Assembly: GCF_964204645.1 (NCBI RefSeq)
Contig: NC_134028.1
Coordinates: 10,354,001 to 10,418,000 of the forward strand
DNA: 64,000 nucleotides
DNA from: Tubulanus polymorphus
Taxonomy: Eukaryota > Animalia > Nemertea
Reading direction: 5' to 3'
The number at the start of each line of letters is the position of its first letter. Position 1 is the stretch's first letter. Below, piece after piece: positions 51,381-64,000 of the stretch. The notes under the pieces were generated by a model. That model did no database searches and was not told where the DNA came from. It worked only from the letters and a program-made list of their open reading frames with translations. The position numbers were made by a program, and so were the translations under genes.

Positions 51381-53316
51381 GATTCCCAACTCATAAAATC
51401 CTACTCATCGATATCTAAAAGCAATAATTATTTACTATCAATGGAAGTCAATACTTATATTATATGGTCCAGAGGCAATGCTAATGTCATCTTTGGGAAG
51501 TAATGAAATGCTCGGCAACCTCACAATTTCAATATTCAATGCCCCTGGTGACAAAACATAGAAAAGTACATCCTTCAATCTCGCCATTATCATAGAATAC
51601 GCCATGAGCTACAAATTTGCTATTGATTATGGTTACAAAATGTGCATAGGCCTAGTATCAATAGGAATATGTATTTACCACCTGGACATAATGAAGACCA
51701 AGGTTCAGTTTTGTTGATAAACATGTACGTAGTCTCCTTAAGAATATCTTTCCTTCTAAAAACAATGACTGACAAGGTTTGGGTCACAATTGCCTTAGGT
51801 CTACATACTAGGTTCATTTCACATTTCAAGTACCTAGTTTGCTTAACAACTAACCAATTATTTTCTTTGTATCCAGCCATAGCTAGTGTATTTATGCCTA
51901 AAAAGTTAAGCTTTATTATCTTGAACCCCTGGCACTAATATAGTTCTAGTTTTTTTTATGGTGCCGCTGGTAAACAGCGTATGTTTTAGCTGCACCCATC
52001 AGCAGTGCAGGTCAAAACAAATCACACACTCTGAGCATCAGCTGGCAATGTTGGTTGGTTTTATAGTCAATTATTTATAGTTGTCAATTATTTATAGTTG
52101 TAATCTATATTTATGTTGGTTTTATAGTCCCATTATTCCCTTTAAATTTCTGTGTCTAGTTCGTACAGCAGAGTTGCATAAGTTGGATGACCTTGGACCG
52201 TTATTTTCAGTCTGACTTTCACGTATTCTGAGAAACATGAATTTGAAAAATATGCTGATTTTTGTAAATAGAAAATTTTTTCCGTAGAATTGTGAATTGA
52301 TACATAGAGCGTGACACTCGTGCGAAATTTAAATCATTCTTTCAAAGAAATGCATAGGAAAATGGGGTTTGCAAATAAACTTATTACCCTTTTCATAACC
52401 TCATTTCACATGTTGCCTACCTTTTCATAACCTCATTTCACATGTTGCCTCTCCATGGACGTATTACCTACACTAACTATGATCGTTGTGATCTCTGTGC
52501 TGGCCACAAATGCACACAGATCACACTACACTACCAACTTCAACACCCAACTACCCACAGCTTTAATACAACCATCTTATTAGGGTTTTCTGTTTCTTCA
52601 CAGAAAACCCTATTGAAATTCGCGTGATTATTTTTTTTTTTCCCTTTTCCACACAGTTTTTGTTAAAAGTGTAAAGTCTACCTTACCTTACCAGTAGATA
52701 TCCTTCAGCTCACTTCAATCTCCAGATACTGCATGGGAATTTTGATAAATCCACGTTATAAAGGCACTGTCGAGCCGTAAACATCGGAAATTTGGCTCCG
52801 TTCAATTAGTAGCCATGTTGTGTTTTCTTTCCAAAATTTCTCTCTTCTTTTCGAGGAAGAGCTATCGAATAATTCCCTCTCTTCTCCACAATCAATTTCA
52901 AAGTCAATTTTATGAATTTATTGCTCAACGGGTCCGAGTCCAAGAGTTAACGAGTCCGGCATTCGCATGTCTGACAGGTTTACGGGCATTTGTTTGTTAC
53001 CTCATTAATATTTTTGATTTCTTGTTATTCCGGTTATTTTATTTAAGTATATTGCTGATCAGTTCATGTAACCAAAAGCGTCAATAAACAGATTTTGAAT
53101 TGATCAAGTTTAACTCAAGGTCGTTGAGTCGCGGAGGGCTACTAGAATTACGTTCGTCTCAGAGAGAAAACAAACGACAGAAAAGTATCAGGTGATTATC
53201 GACAACCTACTACGGTACACACAGTTGACAAAGCTAAGAAAGCCTACCGGTATCTATTTGTCTATATATAGGCCTATTATATAGTACCCAATAGCATTTT
53301 AAGTACGTAGTACGAA

Positions 53317-53641
53317 GTTGTTACCCGTACGTGACTGTACGGTGATATCCACAGGTTAACCGTACGTGAGTTCCCTTAAAATGCTGTATGTGAGTTCCTA
53401 TAATCTGCAAACACGCGTGCGTAAAAGAATAGAGTTTGGGTTAGGTGAGGCTAGGCTATTTGTAAATCAAATTTCATCTAACCTGCAGTTACGTTCTGTG
53501 GCACAGTGGGTAAATCACTGGACTACTACTGGATTTTTTTTTTTCGTTTGGTTTCGAATCCCAATATTGCATGTCTGAGCGTCAATGTACTCACATGGCT
53601 AACCTGCAGTAATCGCCGTACAGTCACGTACAGGTAACAAC
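53317..53641. mobile_element. Small TIR element with internal tRNA-like segment
   Basis: GTTGTTACCCGTACGTGACTGTACGG / CCGTACAGTCACGTACAGGTAACAAC inverted pair; internal TGGCACAGTGG..GTTTCGAATCCC. Confidence 0.68.
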
Positions 53642-53830
53642 AGCGTTTTAAGTATTAAGTGAGTGCGACAAGCCTACCATGCCTATGTGCTACAAACACA
53701 ACTTTTTCCCCTCTCGCCGGCCCTACAGTGATGTTACTAATAACTGGTGCCATTATAACATGGATAGGATTTGGTCAGGACTAGCCTTAAGTCTAATTCA
53801 GTCTACGTACTAGTTCACTCGATAGGCCTA

Positions 53831-54940
53831 TTTTTAGCCCACTTGGGACTTTAGTCCCAGCGAGCTATTGCGTTCACTTTTCGCCCATCGTCCGTCCTTC
53901 CGTAGACGGAATCCAGTTATTTTGGGAAGTTTTGAAGACGCTTCAATGTAATGTCTTGATATTTGGGTTACACATGTATCTACCCTAGACACATCTTCAG
54001 CCCAAAAACTGGCCCTGTCAGAATCAAGATGGCCGACTGGCAGCCATTGTTGTTCGCCAAAATCAACACTTTTTACACATTTTTGAACTTTTTGAGGGAA
54101 ATTTTAAAGATGCTTTGATCAATTACCTTGATCTTTTGGATATATGTGAATCCCTCCAGGACCCATCAGCATAACAAAAATTGGGTCGATCGGACTCAAG
54201 ATGACCGTCCTATGACCTTTTTAGTGCCCAAAAATGTCAATTTTGGCCAGAATTCTGAGTGCTGTAGCTCCCTACTGGTTTGCCATTTCTCATTGCAATT
54301 TGTGATGGGTATTCTTTGAAAAGGGATGTTTTATACCTGAGACAGGTATTTTGATCAGCCAATCATGACGCAATTGGCGGCCATCTTGGTGTCATAAGCA
54401 CTCATTCGTAGGTGGGAAAAAGTTTTTCCACATTATATTGTTGATATTTAAGCATATTTTCTTACCACAATCAATTGGAAAGTTGTAGCTCATGACATGG
54501 TTTATGATTGTGGTGAGTTTGAAGGTTATTGGTTTTTGTATATGGCCACCAGGGGGCGTTGAATAATACAATATCTTAGTATTTCTATATTATATTCGTA
54601 TCAATGCATATTTTGTAACCACAATCAATGGCAAAGTTGTAGCTCCTTACATCTATGATTGTGTCAAGTTTTAAGGCCGATAGTTATTCTATATGGTCAC
54701 CAGGGGGTGTTGAATAGTAGAATAACTTAGTATTTCCTTATTATATTGGTACCTAGGCATATTTTGTTACCATGATCAATTACAAAGTTATCGTTCGTGA
54801 CATGTTCTATGATTGTGGTGAGTTTCAAGGCCAGTGGGTTTTGAATATGGTCATCAGGGGGCGTTGAATATTGAAATTGTTAGATTGTTGAGCATTCGGA
54901 ACCACTTCCCAAGTGGGCATGGTGTCCCTGGACCCCTAGT
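53831..54940 (+). mobile_element. Full-length Helentron-type non-autonomous element (HINE)
   Basis: 5' T-run plus subTIR GCCCACTTGGGA with local hairpin; 3' subTIR TCCCAAGTGGGC and CTAGT end; internal ~140-bp tandem units. Partial or diverged copies near 35370-35550, 45710-46105, 56400-56720 and 59440-60640. Confidence 0.8.
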
Positions 54941-57670
54941 TAAAACAATACAGTGAAGTATTCACATGAAGAAAGGCCAATTGATTTGAGCCATGTGATT
55001 AGATTTGGCCAGGCCTTCTCTGACCTGCTGACATTAATAGTCAAACCTAGATCCAAAACGTTCATATGGTCCCGGCTTGTATACCAGAAATCATTGTAGG
55101 CCTGTACATTTTGCTGTTCGTAGGTTCGGTATATCGATTTCTCCATTCTTGACTGATAAGTGTACGGTACAGCTGTACGCATTAGGCCTATACAATTGTT
55201 CCAATGGGATTAGGGCCTATTGATTGGGCTTATTATTTCCTGCTTTAGAATACTGAAATAAGCCTAACATTCATTCAAATATCCAACATCGGGGAAATTT
55301 TGATTACTGTATACATGTACTGCAGGTTTTTCATGTTGTATGAATATTTTGCAGTTCAAATAGGTATGATGCTGATTCCAATGTCAAACGCATGAAGTTA
55401 GATGGACAGTCAACACCAAGATATCTCTCTTCGACCGATGTTGCACCATAGAAGATCAGATTCTTTCAACTCAAGCAAAGTGATTCAACACGATCGACAT
55501 AACACTGGAATAGGTTTGCAGTAACTAAACAGCTCATTTCATTTAGTCCTATGTACTTTTTTTAGCCAATTTGAATTTGATTGTAATTGAAACTCTGGAA
55601 CTGCTAACAAAAGACAAGTTCAAAAAACACAAGTTATGCCTGATTCTCATGTTCAAATTTAATATTTTATTACATCATATTTCCAAAGCATATCATTGGT
55701 TCATACAGTAATAAAAATTAGGAAAGAACAAATATTATTACAGAATTTTCAAAAAGGCAATGAATTTCTATAACTAAATGAACATTATTTTTCTAATAAC
55801 TCAGATCAAGAGTGACTCTCCCGGAAACACACGCAACTAGTGGAATAGGTTTGATTTACACACATGTTGCAGGTATCAATTGTTTATCACTATAGAATTT
55901 GTAATCCATAAAAGCCAAAATCAACATCAGCCGGAAATCCAGACCAAATCAATTCATAATTTATTGATTGAAGCTACACTACAATATATGTATTTATTCA
56001 AATATTTCAATAAAAACATTAACTTCTTAAATCTATTCTAAATCATAATACGTTTTTATCTATAAATTCACTCAATCTATCGACTCAGCAGGCGCTTAAG
56101 ATGAGTTCTTAATAGGACAGATCCATTTTTAAGCATGTTGATAATACAGTATCATGATGTTTGAATGCCAAAATAAATGCCTGGTCAAATAAATTAATAT
56201 TTGTTGATTGTACGTCCGCGTATGTTCAGTTTCAAAGCTAAATCATATTTGACGTTAACACAGTGTTTGCATATTAGGTTCGAATCTGTCAATGCATTTT
56301 ATTTTATGTATCGGTATTTCAATTTACTACAATTCCAATCATTCTGAATGGCTTTGCAGAAAAACCGTCATCGCTGCTTAGCAGCTATATTTATCTAGTG
56401 TGTTTCTCCCTGGGTACCAATAAAATATGCAAATATTAAGCTATTTGGCTATTCAACTCCCCCTGGTGACCATATACAAACAACCAATGACCTTGAAACT
56501 CAACACAATCATACAACATGTCATAAGCAACAACTGCATTGATTGCAGTTAAGAAATGTACAAACATAAATAGGCAAATTGTAGATAACTCAATTTTCGA
56601 CTTCCCTTAGGGACGGGCACAAAAATACTTTGTAACCCCAATTCCACGCGAGGAGATGGAACCTTTTTCTATCTACAAATGAGAACTGATGAAACTAATG
56701 CAGCAAAATGTTGGTGATCTTGGCTGCAATCACACTTTAGTAGTCGTCCATGGTTTGAGAGATAACTAAACCAGCTATTATACGGATTGTGCACTTAAAT
56801 CATAGTTTATATGGGTAATAGTTAATTTGTATCAATTACGAATTATCTGTTATCCGTATTTCACTAAATCGGTTCTAAAAAGCTCTATCCCTTAGTGATA
56901 GGGATGAACCGAGGTTGACTGTATTTGGATATGTTTCACACAGCGAGTGGATAAACTAGAGGACCAAAGGTCCTGTACTCTCGAGGTATCTTTTTTTGTA
57001 ATATCAATGAAAACATATTACATCGTTCATTCTACATTTTACTACTCTTTAAATTATGCAGATCTGTTTGCTTTTGCTCTGGGCACTACAGTGAGACTTG
57101 ACGCCTCGGACAGTGGTAGGCAGAAACAAATACCTCAGATCGATTTGTTTTGCTTTAAACTTTAGTGTGAAATATGGCCGGTTATAGGACCAATGTCTAT
57201 CAATTTCAAAGACTTTTTAATAATAATTGGACTGATAACAACGTTAAAATTGTTAAGTTTATTTCATTCATAATAATAATTGCCCATGGGCCAAGGGGTT
57301 TACCACAGCCTCATGAAGCGCAGAGATGAGATGATTTGTCGAAATTCAAAATACCAGTAAACGACAGAGAGATGCAATTTGTAATATACGAGTGGATTCG
57401 TTCGCGGTTAGAAGAATGAACCGTAGCAGACACATCGGCATGTTGCGGATCCAAGGACAGAGCTACAATACCGCGCCAGATTCTTCACCGATAAATTTGC
57501 AGATCTAAGTTTGAATTTAAAGACTCCCATTGCACTTTCCTTGGAATTTGAGACCGCTACGGTACCGACCCTTGATGCAAGGTGCTCTTTCAGGTGATGT
57601 AGTCATCCTCGGATTAATTCACCTTGCAAAATAAATTTATCCGAACGAATTATTGGTAAAATATTATTCA

Positions 57671-58380
57671 ACTAGAATGAGGCAAAGCCTCGAATGCCCC
57701 TGGCCTGAAATTCACCGCCAGGTGAAGTTACAGGGTTTGTGGTTACAATTATTTCTATAAGAATGATATCAGAGAACATGTGTACTAAGTGTAAATAATT
57801 TATCAACAGTTGCAGCGTCCAGGCTGTTTTCCCCTGATGGCCATAATTTGAAAACAATCGTTCAACAATTGTGGCCTCTAGGCTGTTAACGTCATTCTTC
57901 ATGTCGGCCCCCTGGTGGCAATAATTTGAATTGACTCCAATCTTAAATAGGGTTCTGGCCGAAGTGATATCCTACTTGTGTACCAAGTCTGAAATGAATC
58001 GGTCACCAATTGCAGCCTCTAGGCTGTTAACATCGTTTTTCACGGCCCCCGGTGGCCATAATTTGATTCGAATCAACCCAATTTTAAGTATGGTTCTGGC
58101 CCAAGTGATATCCAACTTGTATACCAAGTTTGAAATGAATCCGTTAACAATTGCGGCTTCCAGGCTGTTAACGTCGTTTTTCATGTCGGCCTCATGGTGG
58201 CCAAAATTTGAATCGAATCGACCCAATTTTAGATAAGATTCTGGCGCAAGTGATATCCTACTTGTGTACCAAGTTTGAAATGAATCGGTCCACAATTGCG
58301 GCCTCTAGGCTGTTAACGTCGTTTTACATGTCGGCCCCCTGGTAGCCATAATTTGAATCCATTTGACCCAATTTTAAATA
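57671..58380 (-). mobile_element. Second HINE-like family with ~150-bp internal tandem repeats
   Basis: ACTAG end plus hairpin GAGGCAAAGCCTC; repeated GGCCCCCTGGTGGCCATAATTTGA..GGCCTCTAGGCTGTTAAC units. Confidence 0.6.
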
Positions 58381-61300
58381 TCATATCATATCATGACTAT
58401 TCGTTTTTTGATTTCAATTATATAAGATTATATGATATTATATTATATGCGCATTAAGTTTTTAATTTCCAATGATCTAAAAATATGTTGTATCAATTCT
58501 CAATATCATCTTGTGCAAATAGGAATATTATTATATTCTAATAGGCCTATATATTATCAAAAATACATAAAGAGGATATTATACACTATATTTTTATATA
58601 ATAATATATATGTTTCCTTATATTTTCCTCTGGCATTTTTATCTCTGGAAGATTTACTTCTGGCATTTTTACCTCTGGCCCTATTACCTGGATTCTACAT
58701 CAGGCCTATGCAGGAAATTGAAGGGTTCAAGACTAAGAATGTTCAATCTCAGAATTCCCTGATAATTCCCTGATTTCCATGAGCAAATGCCCAGATTCCC
58801 TGATTTCCCTGAAGGGAATTTGAATTTCTAAATTTCCTGATATTCCCTGATCTGCAGGAACCCTGTCACTGGCAATGGGGACAAGAAAAAATAGAGAATC
58901 TCTTCACCATTGCCAGTGACGAGTTATCTCTTCATTGTTTTTTTTAACTAAAATAGATCAGTGTACCGTATTGGTTTACCATATTGGTTAATCAATGTAC
59001 AAATAGTGCTGGCAGCATATAAATTGTATAATGTCAAAAATTAGCGTTGGCAATGGCGACCCGATCTTAACCGCTAGGTGGCAGCGAATGTGTTAAGGGA
59101 TTACCTTTTTTGATCTTGCATAGACTAGCCTATTCATTTCAAATTTTTCTCTGTGAATATTTGCAGTGTATTATCATGCGTTCACTCCACTTCTCATCTA
59201 CCACATATAACTACTAAAATACGATAAAATTACTTTTTAGACCATTAAATTAAAAATCTGGTGACACTATGTTTTAGGGAATTTGCGTTACATTCGAGAC
59301 ATTGTTGGGTGTGTCGTATGTTTGACATCAACTGTATTTCATTTTGAATTTACATGTATAATGAAAATGAGAAGTGCTGGAGCTACTTTTTACACCTTTC
59401 AAGGATTGGTATGATGTCATCGACATCTACCAATTTTAACACAATGACCTTGAAACTCACCACAATCATAGAAATTGTCATGAACCATAATTTTGCGAGT
59501 GATTGTGGTAACGTGCCTAGGTACCAATACAATACCAGTACAAATACTAAGATATTCTGCTATTCAATGCCTCCTGGTGACAACATACAAAAACCAATGA
59601 CCCTAAAACTCACCACAATCATAGAACATGTCATTTGAACAAAAACTTTGCAATTGATTGTGGTTAAAAATATGCATAGGTACATAAATAGACAAATTGT
59701 AGACCTATTTGATTCAATATTTAACTCCTCTGGTGGCAAGAACAAAACATTGAATGATCCCAAATTTCACGTGAGGTGATATATCAAGACTAAATAAAAA
59801 CCTGATGATATTTTTCTCAAAAACCTTTTTCCACGTATGATGATCACTGATGACACTAAGATGGGCCCCCAAATGGCACGATAATTGAGTGATCGCAAAC
59901 CCCACTGATATGCTAAGAGATATCTTCTCAAAGAATACTTAACCATCATCAATTTCAATAGAAAATGGCAAACCACTAGGAAGCTACAGGTTTCGGAATT
60001 CAGACCATAATCGACCTTTCTGGGCCAAAAAAGATCACAGAATGGCTATCTTGAGTGTGATCGACCTAATTTTCCTTTTGCTGATGGGCCTTTGGGGATA
60101 CAAATAGGCCTATATAAAAAAGATATAAATCAAAATGATTGAGTGAAGCATCTTAAATGAAAAATGTTCTCATGAAAATGTCCAAAATATGTACAAGTGC
60201 TGATTTTGGCAAACAACAATTATGGATGCCAGTCAGCCATCTTGATCGTGAAATCCACACTTTTTACACATTTTTCAAGTTTTCAAGCGAAATTTTGAAG
60301 ACGCTTTGATCAATCAGCTTGATCTTTTGTATTCATTTGTATCCCCAGGGGCCCATCACCATGACATAAAGTGGGGCGATCGGACTTCGTCTGTCATTTG
60401 TAAAGGAACCAGCTTTCCTTTCAGGGACAGTGACATATTATGGGACCCTCCTTTTTTCACTGAAAACACTGAAGATGGCCATCCCGTGATCTTTTTGGTG
60501 CCCAAAAACTTTGGCCTGAATTCTGAGTCCAGCAGCTTCCTACTGGTTTGCCATTTTCTTTGAAATTTGAAAAAATGGGTATTCTATGGAAAGGAATCTT
60601 CAATACATCAGACAGTTTACTTTTTGATCAGCCAATTATCATGCTAGATAATAGAGAATTTTGTTATCTCCAGCGCCATTTTTCTTGGGGTCGCCAATGA
60701 CCACTAGATTAACAATCATTAGTAAAAGACAGTTAAATCTTCATCCATGAATTAAAGATTATTTGAGGTATGTATCGAGCATCTGATAACAAATCAGCTG
60801 TGTGTTATCATCATTCTTTACGGGTGCAATAGACTTACCTCAGTCATCGCATCCTGAGGAAAGGTCTGAGAAATATCATATTGTTTCGTACAATGTGCGT
60901 ATATTTCGAGCGGCTGCCAACCCATTAAGTTCAAAGTTTATATGCAGTGGCGCTCCTAGGAAGGTGACTATGGGAAGCCGTATAGGCCAAAATATATCCA
61001 ATTCTATTTAACTTATAGTGTTTTTTCAAAGACCCTAACTTGAATTTCAAATAAATAACAGAAATAATAATGATACATTAGGTTAAGGAGCTGTGGCTCA
61101 ATAGATAACAAAAGATCTATGCACAGGTCTAATTGATCAAAGCGTGTTCAAACTTTCCCTCGAAAACTTGACTCACTGGATTCTGTCTTAGGACGGACAA
61201 ACAGTGAAGGCAATAGCACGCTGGGAATTAAGTCGGCTGAAAAAATGTTGATTAATTGCTCAAAGCATTCATGAAATTGGGCTATTTCAAAATGGTTTGT

Positions 61301-61450
61301 GAATTAAGCTATTAATTGTGGACTGAAGTATATTTTTGAAGTGTTACCATTTTTAACCATGTTTTGGCCCTTGTCACCCCTGACTTTGGTATGAGCCCAT
61401 CCAATTGTAAAAGCTTACAACCAACGATTAGGTGACTACTATTTGTCACA

Positions 61451-61619
61451 CAGGGCTACCAACCTCCGAGTACTTTCAGTAATAAATTGAATTTTTTTAG
61501 TAACATTTCATTGAAATATGAATGTTCAAAATAACCAGTAATCAATAGTAAAAACCTCAGTAACCTGTATGCATTGAACAAATAGGTCTACTGAAAATCA
61601 GGAAGAGTTTGCAGCTCTG
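61451..61619. mobile_element. Short hAT-type MITE
   Basis: CAGGGCTACCAACC / GTTTGCAGCTCTG ends like the hAT B TIR; flanked by the 6-bp direct repeat GTCACA. Confidence 0.6.
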
Positions 61620-61784
61620 GTCACACATGCTGTGCAACGTTTTGATCCGCAATTTTGTTAATAATTGGTTATCTAAATGCATCAATTTGTTCAGTAGGGA
61701 ATTTGCATTCAGAAATAATCAATGACTTTTCCTTAAGGTCTTTTTTGTTTTCATTTAGGCCTATCAGCGACAGTTAACCGTTTA

Positions 61785-63744
61785 ACTAGGGGTCCAGGGA
61801 CACCATGCCCACTTGGAAAGTGGTTTCAAATGCTCAACAATCAAACCATTTCAATACATAACGCTCCCTAGTGACCATATACAAAAACCAATGACCTTGA
61901 AACCCACCAAAATTATAGAACATGTCAGCAGCTATGATTTTGTAATTGATTGTGATAACAAAATATGCCTCGTTACCAATTATAAAATGGAAATACTAAG
62001 TTATTCTACTATTCAACGCCCCCTGGTGACCATATGCAAAACCCAATGACCTTAAAACTCACCACAATCGTAGTACATGTAATGAAATACAACTTTGCAA
62101 TTGATCATGGTAACAAAATATGCCTAGGTACCAATCTAATAAGGAAATACTAAGCTATTCTACTATTCAACGCCCCCTGGTGACTATATGGAATAACTAA
62201 TGTCCTTAAAAATCTACCACAATCATAGACGATGTCATGAACTACAACTTTGCAATTAATTATGGTAACAAAATATGCCTAGGTACCAATCTAATAAGGA
62301 AATACTAAGTTATTCTACTATTCAACGCCCCCTGGTGACCATATAGAATAACTAATGTACTTAAAACTCACAAAAATCATGAAAGATGTCATGAGCTACA
62401 ACTTTGCAATTGATTGTGGTAACAAAATATGCATAGGTACTAATATAATATAGAACTACTAAGTTATTGTATTATTCAACGCCCCCTGGTGGCCACATAC
62501 AACTAGGGGTCCAGGGACACCATCCCCACTTGGGAAGTGGTTTCAAATGCTCAACAATCTAACAATTTCAATATTCAACGCCTTCTGGTGACCATATACA
62601 AAAACCAATGACCTTGAAACTCAATACAATCATAAAACATGTCAGCAGCTACCATTTTTTAATTGATTGTGATAACAAAAAATGCCTCGTTACCAATTTA
62701 ATATGGAAATACTAAGTTATTCTACTATTCAACGCCCTCTGGTGACCATATTCAAAACCCAATAACCTTGTAACTCACCATATTCATAGAACATGTCATG
62801 AACTACAATTTTGCAATTGATCATGGTAACAAAATATGCCTAGGTACCAATATAATAAGGAAATACCAGGTTATTCTACTATTCAACGCCCCCTGGTGAC
62901 CATATAGAATAACTAATTTCCTTAAAACTCACCACAATCATAGATGATGTCATGAGCTACAACTTTGCAATTGATTGCGGTAACAAAATATGTATTGATA
63001 CAAATATAATATAGAAATACTAAATTATTGTATTATTCAACGCCCCCAGGTGGCCATATAAAAAAAAAACTTGAAACTCACCCCAATCATAGAACACGTT
63101 ACAAGCTACAACTTTCTAATTCATTGTTGTTACAAAATATGCTTAGGTATCAATATAATGTCGAAAAACTTTTTCCCACCTACGAATGAGTACTAATGAC
63201 ACCAAGATGGCCGCCAATTGCGTCATAATTGGCGGATCAAAAATACCTGTCTCAGGTATAAAACATCCCTTTACAAAGATTACCCATCACAAATTGCAAC
63301 GAGAAATGGCAAACCAATAGGAAGCTACAGGACCTAGAATTCTGGCCAAAATTGACATTTTTGGGCACTAAAATGGTCATAAGACGGCCAATAATTTTTC
63401 TTATGCTGATGGGCCCTTGGTAGCTTCAAATATAATCGAAAGATCAAGGTAATTGATCAAAGCGTCTTCAAAATTTCCCTCGTAAACTTCGAAAATGTGT
63501 AAAAAGTGCTGACTTTGGCGAACAACAATGGCTGCCAGTCGGCCATCTTGATTCTGACAGGACCAATTTTTGGGCTGAAGATGTGTCTAGGGTAGATACA
63601 TGTATAAACCAAATATCAAGACATTACCTTGAAGCGTCTTCAAAACTTTCCAAAATAACTGGATTCTGTCTACGATGGACAAACGGACGGACGAAAAGTG
63701 AACGCAATAGCCCGCTGGGATTAAAGTCCCAAGTTGGCTAAAAA
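61785..63744 (-). mobile_element. Composite HINE: full copy (62502-63744) plus an extra 3' module (61785-62501)
   Basis: Two ACTAGGGGTCCAGGGACACC termini (61785, 62502), multiple ~140-bp units and a single 5' end at 63744. Confidence 0.8.
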
Positions 63745-64000
63745 GTTGCTCCCTGGACAATCAGGAATATTGCTATGACGTCATTACCTATTCATTAGCA
63801 TAACAAAACAATGTAGGTGGAACCACGTTACGGGCCATGAAAATCGTTTTTTGCATTACACCTACAACATTGGTCTAGTATCTAGCCGTTGTTCCAAGCA
63901 ACATCTAGACCCAAACTGTCATACCTATAGAAGTTAATTTTACTCCCAAATTTTTGGGACGAAGCGTTTAGCGTCTTATTTCAGCACGTAAATCACCATC

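Noticed and set aside
51620-62049. Numerous 60-110 aa ORFs in the ORF track
   Set aside because: They fall in HINE/MITE repeats or low-complexity intergenic DNA and show no protein motifs or consistent splice structure.

Overview
Eukaryotic genomic DNA, most likely from a marine invertebrate animal (spliced CHCHD1 gene, C2H2 zinc-finger gene, Helentron/hAT/Harbinger/LINE repeats; the taxon cannot be fixed from sequence alone). Bases 1-14.76 kb are a very AT-rich, decaying endogenous Polinton/Maverick-like virus encoding a protein-primed PolB, a Zn-finger protein, minor and major capsid proteins, several membrane proteins, an rve integrase with chromodomain and an A32 ATPase. Related fragments of further copies lie at 36.4-38.4 kb and 41.3-45.3 kb. 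Two features stand out. (1) The pPolB carries a ~350-codon intein with a LAGLIDADG homing endonuclease, inserted exactly in catalytic motif C (YFD|TD). This resembles giant-virus/archaeal pol-c inteins, although inteins are generally considered absent from animal genes. (2) Nearly every viral gene start has a T-tract/spacer/TAAATG motif like a poxvirus late promoter. Together these suggest a virophage-like satellite of a large cytoplasmic DNA virus. The host part contains an intact three-exon CHCHD1 (mS37) gene with a Mutator-like element inserted right at its start codon, two intron-bearing hAT transposase relics in its intron 2, an intact 11-finger C2H2 gene, and many non-autonomous repeats. 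All protein-family calls come from motif recognition, not database searches.
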